Shown piece by piece: positions 37,801-47,270 of a stretch of 64,000 nucleotides of DNA. The notes below the pieces were generated by a model. It did not search any database. It saw nothing but the letters and a program-made list of their open reading frames with translations, and had not been told where the DNA came from. The position numbers and the translations under genes are program-made. Source of the DNA: Oikopleura dioica (Eukaryota; Animalia; Chordata); NCBI GenBank assembly GCA_907165135.1, contig OU015566.1, positions 2,294,001 to 2,358,000 of the forward strand, given 5' to 3'. Each line of letters begins with the position of its first letter. Positions within the stretch are counted from its first letter, which is position 1.

Positions 37801-40800
37801 GAGGACGATTTCCATTTGTTTTTGAATGCGATACGGTTCGTCAATCGAACCCTGGGACCTTTATTGAATAATTTGTAAAATAAGCATAATGGAGCGGAAA
37901 TACCACTTTATTATCAAAATAACGAGATCATACCCTTGCCGTACTTTCTACTATGAAAAAACTCGTTGATTATAAGAGTGGAGATGCAAGAAAACATCAC
38001 TTTTGAAATACCAATTATTGACTTCGGACTTTTAAAAACAAGAGATGAAGCGACGAAGAGCAATTTTTTGAAGGCAATCACTGAAGTTGGCTTCTTTTTC
38101 CTCAAAAATCATGATGTTCCTAAAGAGCTTACCGATCGCTTGGAACTTGTTTCTAGAAATTCTTACAAAACAACTTTCGAAGAAAGGATGAAGCTCAAAG
38201 ATTTCAGAGGAAAAATGGAAGTCAGCGGCTCAATCTTTCATGAGAAGCCATTCCAAAACTCCCCGTAAGTAGAAAGTTTTAGAATTAATCGACAAATTTT
38301 CCATTTTTATTCAGAGACGATGAGTCAATCAAATTGGACGAAAAAGAAATAGACTCTACTTTTTTTGATTATTTGACTAAAATTTCAAATATTGGCGTTT
38401 TTTTGCTAAAGTTTTGTGAAGGATGGTTCTTAATCGACAAAATGAAATAGTGACTTCTTATTGGCCATCCCCTGAAAATTAACCTTGCATCCGAAAAGTC
38501 AAAAAGATTATCTAAAGAGAGTCTAGAACCTCGATTTAAGAAGTCTTTGATTTGCCAAATGGTCGTTTGCTCGGCAATTTCGAGCCAAAAAAAGCAATTA
38601 TCGATGCTGTTATGCTTGAGGAAAATCCTACTGAAGAGTTTGAGTTTGAATGTCACCGGGATAATAGACTGATGACAATTCTCAAGCAAGATAGAACCGG
38701 CGGTGTTGAGATAAAATACAAAGACAATTGGTACCCCGTCTTGGAAGACCCGAAAAAAGAGTTTCTAGGCGTAAATATTGGAAATATAATGAACAACCTT
38801 TCGGACGGAAAAGCTAAAGGTTAGAGTCTTTAGAACGATTCTGAGTTTAAAAACTTTATTCTTTAGCTGTTTATCATCGAGTCAGAAGTATTCAAAATCA
38901 AACTCGCTTTATGTGGCCAGTATTTTTGACGCCGAATTTTCGGCCGAGAAAAACCGCGGTAAAGTTTCTCCGCTTCACCCATCGAGGCTGGTACGATTTC
39001 GACACTGTTGACGACGAAACTGATTTTCTGCTTTAAAAAAATCATCCACTATTATCTGCGATTAAAAAAGAAAAAAATAAAATATAATTCAATTGTGCCG
39101 ACTTCAAAAGTCTTTATATTGAACTTGATATCAAAGGATTTTTCTCGTTTTACTCCGATTTGAAGAACTTTCACATGCAGTTTTTTAACCCTCTGCGTGA
39201 CGATCAGAACTACCCCTATGCGTGACGCGGATGCATTCAGTGCATCCGACCCATCTAGAACAATTTTTTGCTCATTTTTGCCAATTTTAGAAGAAAAACA
39301 GCCTGAATTCGCTGTTGTCAGTGTCTCAGAGACCGAAATACCCCCTTCTTCGGCGGCGAAACGGGCTCGAAATTACGTAACATGCATCAAAATAGCTGTT
39401 CTCGAGACGAAAAATAGTAAAATTAGGACATTTTTTACGTTTTTAGGTTACTATAAAATTTGTTTTTAAAATGTTACGAAGCAGATTGGACGTGTTTTTG
39501 GACGTAGATTCTTATTCTTTTTAAATTTTTGAATTCGGGCGAAATTTGAGAGAGAAATGGGCAGAAAACCATGAGCGGATGCACTGAGTGCATCCGCGTC
39601 ACGCATAGGGTTAAACAGTCTCTGATTTCAATCCCCTTGATCTCAAAATCAGCATGCTTTCTCTTCTTAAAATCATTTGTGCTTAGCATTTTTAAGCATG
39701 AAAAGATTGATTTTCTTTTTAACATTGCAGTTTTGCAAGGGAATCGATTATGCTGAATTTTGCGAAGAAAAAATATCAGAGATCAATGATAACCACGCTA
39801 TCACCAACGGTCATTGGGACTGCACAAATCTTAGTAAGAATAAAGTGATTTGCCGAGCAAAATGTGATGATGGTTTTTGGTCGTTCCGAGAATTTTGGCC
39901 GACATGGAATATCAGAGACACGAAAATCATCGCCAAATGCTCCAGAGAAGGAGTCAGCTCTATAAAGAAGTAAGTCAATATTACTTTTTGATATGCCAAA
40001 AAATTTAAGACCTCTTTACGCTATGGAATGCATCAAAGAATACGAATTTCCGTGTTTTGAAAAAGAGAAAACACTTATCAAGCACGGAACACTTCAACCA
40101 AACAAAATAATTCGGAGTAAGAAAAACAAGAACGAGCTTTGGGCAGATTATGACATCGTCTGCTTCAATGGGAAAATAAAAGGTCGTGTCCGCTGTAAAG
40201 GAGGAAAATTTAAACAGCCTTCTCGTTGGGAAAGTGAAGATGTAAGATGGGGGCAGCGTTATTATGCAACGGACAAGCGTTATTCAAAAAGCTGGGTTTG
40301 GACTTGTGCGGGAGAAAGACGAACAACAACAAGTTCTCAAACAACAACAATAGTGACAACAGCAACGCCGCCAGCATGTGCGGATCCTTGCAAAGGACTG
40401 AAAAGACAAGGGTAAAAAAATTAATCCTTATATTAAATATCGGATCAAATTTGGTTTTATTTTTAGTCCATTTACTGCTGTGTCGTTTTTTTGAGGTTTC
40501 TACCCTTCTATAAAGATGCGAAACAATAATTGATGGATGAAGTCTTTCTCCAAGCTTTGCCACATGTGCTGCGAATTCTTATTATTCACATGATGACAAC
40601 TATAAAATGTCAGTTGATATACTCTGCCCATCTTCATCTGGGAGCCATGAAAATTACAATAAGTCATTGATCATTTTCAATACTGAGGATCAGGGCTGGC
40701 GAATTCGTCCAAAACTATCCGCAAGGACATAATTTCTAAAATGCTTTACCTAAGGTACGGCACTGATAATCAGATCTGCAATCGGTGATTAGTCCGTCAA

Positions 40801-42640
40801 TCAATGCGAGTCATTCGTAAATATTTCATGGGAAGAAATGGGGATTCGGATTCAAAGAAGAAACCGGGCATACCCGTCCGTACTCGCGCCAATTCGTTTT
40901 CCAGGCGCAATAATTTTTTGTTTGTTGGGCCGGTCGGGCACGAATTCGCCAACCCTGGCGCAGATTCAAATGGAGATTTATTTTTCTCAATTTGGCGAAA
41001 GCCTCTGGTCACTAATGAAGATAATTCGACATCCGATGAGCTTCATATAAAACTAGGACCAGCTCAATTAGATAAGAGTTGCAAATAAGCTAAGCTTAGT
41101 TGACGAAGTTGTTTTAAAATTTTTCGATGTAGGCTTGTCCAACTTTTTGGAGCACAAAAAATCTTAGTTCAAGTTCAAATAGAAAATATATAATTTTATA
41201 ACTCAAAGTTAGATAAGAAGAGAAAAAAGGAAGACTTTGAATTTTTGATCGATGTTCCATGCAAAGATGGCGAATGGAATACTTTTACTGTCGAGAGAAT
41301 TAATTTCGGCATCAATCGATTTCGTGAAGTTCTCAAAATGAATGATCGCGTTATCGGTCAGACTCGAGAGTATCAAGTGAAAGCTTTCCCTGGTTATCGT
41401 GCGTCATTTCAATTTTCACTGGGACTTTGGAGGAGTAGCTCTTTATGGACACCCCATAAAGACTCTCCTGCTTCAGAGTACTTAGTCCGCAACGTGTTCT
41501 TTCAGTATTTCCTTGATAATATCCGCTGTAACTACTGTCTTAATGAGTTCACATGGTACTTATCTCGAAAAAGTTGTTATATTTCTGGTTAAAGTCATAA
41601 GTTATGACTCATTATAAATAAAAATCCCTAGAATGGTATTTTCTGTTGCTGATTATTCTTTCATATATTTCTCTGATTTGATATCTTGTACAGTGGTATG
41701 AGCGGTTTCCGCACCCCTATTTTTCGCCTTTAAAAATTCATATCTTTTGATTCAGATATGATATTCGATTTCTGTTTCCAGTTATGAAATTTTCACGCCA
41801 TTTTCTATTACCGAAAAATACAATAAATAGAGTTTTTTAAAATTTACTGTGTAATTTTAAAAAATCGTAGGGGTGCGGAAACCGCTCATACCACTGTACC
41901 AAATCAATTCTTTATTTCACAAATTAAATTTCGAAAATTAAAAACTAAATTTATCATTTGAATTTGAATAAACCAAAATCAAATGAATAAGACTTACGGA
42001 TTGATTTTTCAAAATGTTCCTTCGCCATTTTATTCTGAATCGCCTTAATCCGCCTTCTTTCCTTTCTCTGTTCGACATAAAGCTGCCAGACTTTCAGCAA
42101 ATCCGCCTTGAGTCGTTTGTATCGAAAATTGTAAGCAGCGACGTAAAATCTTTCCTCCGACGGGCCATAAGAGTCGATTCTTTCGATTTCATCGCGGGTC
42201 TTTGTCGCCATGAATTTCGCGTCTGGCTTGAATTGAGGGATGAAATGATTCCATTTAACAGCGTCGAGGCCTTTTTCTCTGATTTCTTTCAATTTTTCCA
42301 GAAGAAATTGTTTCGGGGAAATTCCTCCTTCAGCTCCATTAATGATAAGTTCGATTAAAATCGGCTCAATGATCTCTGCCAACCGATGCTCAACGATGTA
42401 GTTTTGCGTTTCTTGGGAATGATTTCTTTTGAGAAAGTTTTCGGCGAAAGTTGAACTCAAGTAGCCTCTTTGGCGAGTGCGGGCGGAGGAAATGGTGAGT
42501 GTGTAACTTGGCGGAAGGGGCCCGTTTGGGTAGGAATAGACATCCGGCTCGGTTCGCGGCGCTAGAATTTAGATTTGAAAACATTGATCTATGTTAAGGG
42601 TTTTTAAAATTTTAAATATTCAATTAAAATTCTCACCCAT
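34894..42640 (-). CDS. FBXL13: F-box/LRR protein 13 (dynein regulatory complex subunit 6-like)
   Basis: N-terminal exons MAPRTEP... and YNFRYKRLKADLLKVWQLYVEQRK, in-frame splice SI|QTKALKSW across a ~4.2-kb intron, F-box LPRVIAIKIFSFLNIEEISICRAVSREW, then Cys-containing LRRs. C-terminal exon choice is approximate. Confidence 0.8.
37984..39036 (+). CDS. Second 2OG-Fe(II) oxygenase (IPNS-like), nested antisense in the FBXL13 intron
   Basis: IPIIDFG...EVGFFFLKNHDVP (DIOX_N), CHRD (HxD), VNIGNIM, AVYHRV; RFMW in place of RxS. Confidence 0.8.
39189..39610. mobile_element. piggyBac-type MITE
   Basis: TTAA|CCCTCTGCGTGACG...CGTCACGCATAGGG|TTAA, with an internal second TIR copy and GCGGATGCA-TGCATCCG palindromes. 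Confidence 0.85.
39698..41592 (+). CDS. Secreted protein with sushi-like Cys modules, short Thr linker and C-terminal beta-sandwich-like domain, nested antisense in the FBXL13 intron
   Basis: Signal peptide MKRLIFFLTLQFCKG, NGHWDC...ICRAKCDDG, YDIVCFNG..GRVRC, C-terminus ...PASEYLVRNVFF. Confidence 0.7.
41691..41896. mobile_element. Tc1/mariner-type MITE, 206 bp
   Basis: Perfect 28-bp TIR CAGTGGTATGAGCGGTTTCCGCACCCCT with TA on both sides. Confidence 0.9.
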
Positions 42641-44193
42641 TTTATTCCCGATTCTTCATTATTCCAGTCTCTTCCTTGATTTCAAAGTCGTTCTTTCCCG
42701 GCTCTAGAAAAACGAGTTCCGCACTCAATAAAAGTTGTCTATTGTTTGTCGCTTGCGGCGATCAGAGTTATTGAGTGGTTATGCTCTCCTTGTTCAAACA
42801 GCTCCAGCGGGCCCAGAATTCATTTATACCCTCCTAGCAACCGATTATGCTCTTCAGAAATTTTAGATTGAAATGGGCAACGATAATTGCTTTCTTCGAT
42901 ATTTGCTCAACTGGGAATGGCTAGACCAGATGTTAAGAAATCAAAATCACGAATTGTCTTTCCCCCTTCTTAAATTTTTGAAAAAGGCAAACAATACGCA
43001 CGCGCCTGAGGGCAATTCAGTAGCAATTTGCCATGGCAACTGAAAATTGTTAAACTGTAAAATGCGACAAATACAAGTATTGTTTCTTTCTTTCTTTTTA
43101 TTTCCAATAAGACTTTCATTCTTTCACTTTGTTTTTGAATACTTGTGTGTTTGAGTATGTTCTTCGAACTCGTGCTTCAGCTCATTTCGTGTTTTGGAAT
43201 TGACGGTGGTCAGATAATAAATGTAGAACCTTGAATTTTTTGTTAATGGAAGGGAACTAACGGTAGTACCTTGGGATTTCTTCGCATTCTGCCGAAATGA
43301 TTTGATATTCTGTCGGGGAAGGAGGGCGGCCTTTTTAGATTTTTAAATTTTTTTTTTCAAATTAGCAAAAATTTCGTTTAAGTTTTATGGAATATTATTT
43401 AACAATAAAAATATCAGAAATACATTTTTTTTACCTAACTAAAAACCTTTCTAAGGCCTCCAACGCATCTAAAAAGAAAAATAAGGGCGTCACTCTTCAA
43501 ATTGAAAACTCAAAAAGAATCTTCAATAACTTACTTCTTTCGCAGGCAAAATATAAATCATGGGCTTTTTTCATGATCATTTTTGTCAAGAAACGATTTC
43601 CTTCGACAGTGAAAAATCCTATAAGCACGAAAATAAAAAACCTAAACATATTTGTTGTGCGACACTATTGCAGAATTGGTAACTTATATACAAAAAGGCC
43701 CATACAAGGTGTTAATCTTTAAAATGGTACTTTATTTTGGCCTTCCGTGGATTTCGAGTGGGGAGCACTTAGAACGAGAGGTAAACCTTTTTGCTTTTTG
43801 AATGATTGAAATGATTGTAGCTGTCTTTTTGAGTCAAAATTGATGTTTTTTTTAGTTTTTTTAGTATAATTAGTCTCTACACCAATGAAAATATTTTTTC
43901 GATGACAGTTTATATTTGCATCAGCGTTCAAATCGTCATATGATATGATATAACTCATATTAATATACAGCGTGAAGCTTTTTTAAGGCCGATTTTTGAC
44001 TGACATCGAGGTTTATAAATATCACGTCGCTTTATTCCGGCCATTCCAACGCAAATCCGTTCATCTGTCCATTTTTGAAGTATAAATTCTCTTTAAAAAG
44101 AATTTTTATTTCAGCACATTCAATTTGATAATCATTCTTTTGAGTCTAACAAATTTAACAAAGTGTCTTTAAATGTATTTATCAAAATAAAAT

Positions 44194-44730
44194 GTTAATG
44201 CGAAATTGGCGTAATACAATTTTTGGAACAATTAAGCTTGGACGAGTAGTTAAAGGAATTTCTAAGGGTGGACGACGAAAAAAAGGAACTTTTAAGCTTG
44301 GACGAGGAAAAAAAGGAACTATTAAGCTTGGAAGAGGAAAAAAGGAACTGCTAAGCTTGGACGAGTAAAAGGAATTTTCGATTTGGAAATTTTTTCAAAT
44401 TGAATTTTAAGGGTGTTAGAGGCCTACCGGCCTATAGAAACCCCCTTAAAATGTTCCTTTCGATCCCCTCTTTTATTTAAACGGGGTTTCATTAGGCCGG
44501 AAGGCCTTAAAAACCCTTAAAATTTAATTTGAAAAAATTTTCCAAATCGAAAATTCCTTTTTTCCTCTTCCAAGCTTAACAGTTCCTTTTTTCCTCGTCC
44601 AAGCTTAACAGTTCCTTTTTTCGTCGTCCAAGCTTAACTGTTCCTTTTTTCCTCGTCCAAGCTTAAAAGTTCCTTTTTCCCCGTCCAAGGCTGAAAAGTT
44701 CCAAAATTTGTATAATGCCGCGAAATTAAC
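44194..44730. mobile_element. Foldback element whose arms are tandem arrays of a ~30-bp unit
   Basis: Near-complete palindrome. Unit AAGCTTGGACGAGGAAAAAAAGGAACT is repeated ~5 times on the left and inverted ~5 times on the right. Confidence 0.85.
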
Positions 44731-44907
44731 TGGATAGAAAAATTTTAATTCACCTCATAAAATAAAGATCACCGTCACTTTCGCTCACAAGCGTTATAGC
44801 AGTAGATCCTTGCTCCTCAATAATTGTCACTTTCTGAGAATTGTATCCGATGCTTAATTCATCTGATGAAAACATAAATATTAAAGTAATCGATTCGTTG
44901 ATTTATT

Positions 44908-44949
44908 CCGGGGACGCGTTTCGGCAAAAAAGTGCCTTCATCAGCCCTA
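44908..44949 (-). ncRNA. Minimal type I hammerhead ribozyme (PLE-associated)
   Basis: Minus strand UAGGG-CUGAUGA-A-GGCA-cuuuuu-UGCC-GAAA-CGC-GUC-CCGG: intact core, 4-bp stem II, palindromic ACGCGU stem III. Confidence 0.75.
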
Positions 44950-45814
44950 GTACAGAAACTTACCCCCCCCCCGGAAATGGATTCTGCGGGTCAAAAAACG
45001 ATTTTGAGGCTACATTTTTTGGGGGTCTATCTCGACTCTTACACCCCCAAAATTGCATTTGAAAATTGCACTTTTCGCCGAAAATTGATGAATTTGCCCT
45101 AATTTTGGCAAAAATATTGTTTTTTTAGGCCAAAAAGTCCTCATATCAAATTTTTGAAGTAAGACTAACCTGAGGAGGGATTAAGAACCAAAAATATGGT
45201 GTTTTCAAGAATTTCCGTTTTTCGAAGGAAAAAGCTGACGGGGGTCCTTAACACCTCAGAAAAAGGAAGAGTACTCTTACCTTAGAGTGGACAATTTCGA
45301 ATGAGAACGAAAGTTGAAAACATAAAATAAAAATTCGCTTTCGCGGCAGGTGAGAAGGCTTCCAACAAGATGCGATCTTTTTAATAAGGTTGGTTGGAAA
45401 TGACAGTCACGATTTTATTTTTCAAGCTAAATTTAGTTTTAATCCTAGCCCTTGATGTTGTGGGTTTGTACTTGTCTGGCTCACTTAGATAATTATCATA
45501 AAGCTCTCTTAATTTTGGACATCTCAAAGTATGAGATGACTGTCATCTCGAACCAAAATTATTATAAAGATCGCATCTTGTTGGAAGCCTTCTCAATTAA
45601 GTTTAACGACCCTAGCTTGAACAAGCAACTCAAATTTGCTGAAGTTAAATTTCTATAGTGGAGCATTTGAAATTCGCTTTCTCTGGCGCTCCATTCACCT
45701 GCCACGAAAGCGAATTTTCATTTTCTGTTTACAACTTTCGTTCTCATTCGAAATTGTCCACTCTAAGGTGAGAGTTATCTTCCTTTTTCTGAGCTGTAAA
45801 GTAAATTTCTGTAC

Positions 45815-45856
45815 TAGGGCTGATGAGAGCACTTTTGTACCGAAACACGTCCCCGG
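45815..45856 (+). ncRNA. Second hammerhead ribozyme copy with a mutated stem II
   Basis: UAGGG-CUGAUGA-GAGCAC-UUUU-GUACC-GAAA-CAC-GUC-CCCGG. Confidence 0.6.
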
Positions 45857-45904
45857 AATAAATCAACGAATCTATTATTATAAGAAGTCAACTATAAGAC
45901 AATT

Positions 45905-46639
45905 AAAAAGTACTTTGATATAATGGCGTCAACGAATCTTCTGCTAAAGCGTCCAGCAATTTTTACTCTATCATAAAAATAAGATTAATTATAGCTTTTT
46001 ATTTGTCTACCTGAGCATAAACAAATCATCGAATGAGTCTGCTAAACTCTGGAGATTTTCAAGATTGATGACTCTTCTAATTATTCCGGGGAAAATGCTG
46101 CGTATAGTCTTCACATCAATCGTTGATATATTCCATGCCAAAACTTGAAGTAATTGTTCAGTTTCCTCGGTCAAACCTTTAATAAGAACTGAGATGGTCA
46201 ATTAAAATTCGGAAAAAGAACTGACAGCGAAATAGATAAGATAAGAAAACAAGATTGTGTCAGAATAAAACTAAGAAAAATACCTTCAGTTGCACGTAAT
46301 TCTCGATAAAATGGAGAATGCCTTTTGAAGGCCGTTACTCCTCCGATTAGTCGTAGAACACAATGTATCGTTGTCCAATCCTACTTGACACTTATTAACA
46401 ATCAATTCAAATTCATTAAATTAAAGTTTTAAAATTCTTATTAATAAGCTTTCCTTAATATTATAAAACGCCAGAGTTTTCCCATCTTCAAGCTGCATGC
46501 CTGCAAAAATGAGCCTCTGTTGATCTGGAGGGACTCCTTCTTTGTCTTGAAATTTTGCTTTGACATTTTCAATCGTGTCAGAATTGTTTACATTCAAACG
46601 GTGTGTTTTGCCAGTAACGGTTTTGACAAAAAGAAACAT
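45905..46639 (-). CDS. Divergent ubiquitin domain (55/76 identical to ubiquitin) fused to a ~110-aa unknown extension
   Basis: [12 protein letters not shown]...[15 protein letters not shown]...YNIK|[14 protein letters not shown] via GA-AG intron 46381-46453, continuing in frame into further exons. Confidence 0.75.
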
Positions 46640-47270
46640 TTTGATTGTTTAAAATGTCCGTGAATTCTTGTTTTCTAGATCTCTGCCACAGATTTTCTGT
46701 AAACGCGATTGGTAGATATGAATGTTTTGTTTTAACGACTGTTTTACGACGTATTAATCTTTCCCCGGCAAAATTAGTGTCCTGACAATAAAAAATGCTG
46801 AAATGAGGTCAAGACGACAATTTTCTCTCCATTTCAACAAGAATAATTTCTTGGAATATTTTATTAATAAAATAGCTCTCTATAAATACAAAATAATATT
46901 TTCGGTGACAGTTTTCGCACAAATCAGCATTGATTTCGTGCTTTTTTCAAGAAGCGGTGCAAAATTTTCTGACATGAGGACATTTTTCAAAAAGGCACTG
47001 ATTAGCTAGTGAAAATGAACAGTTACAGTTATCGCCTGTTCTACATAATTGTGCAGGCTTTTGACTTCGTTTCTTTCGCGGGCGCGGCTGGGGTCGCGGG
47101 CGTTGCGGGCTTTTTCTGTGACTCCTTTTTCGAGCTCGCGGCGAGCTAGAATTCGAAAATTGAAAAGGGTTGGTTTTGGGGGTAAAATTTTGCCAATTTT
47201 TTTGTGGAATTTTGTGAGTTTTTGGATGAAATCATGCGCATATCAAATCACGTGCCGGTTTAACCGAATT

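Larger units (their letters stand above)
44885..45880. mobile_element. Penelope-like retroelement remnant: GIY-YIG C-terminal fragment plus inverted terminal-repeat copies
   Basis: + frame ...ILDISKY...YKDRILLEAFSIKFNDPSLNKQ resembles the C-terminus of a PLE endonuclease. 45530-45870 is mirrored, with a deletion and a ~290-bp insertion, by 44885-45410. Confidence 0.7.

Noticed and set aside
41954-42460. Separate RIIa-like gene
   Set aside because: Matches the FBXL13 N-terminus and splices in frame to the F-box exons.
43387-43958. Transposase or Helitron Rep remnant (KKQKGLP)
   Set aside because: Only a weak motif resemblance in low-complexity AT-rich sequence.
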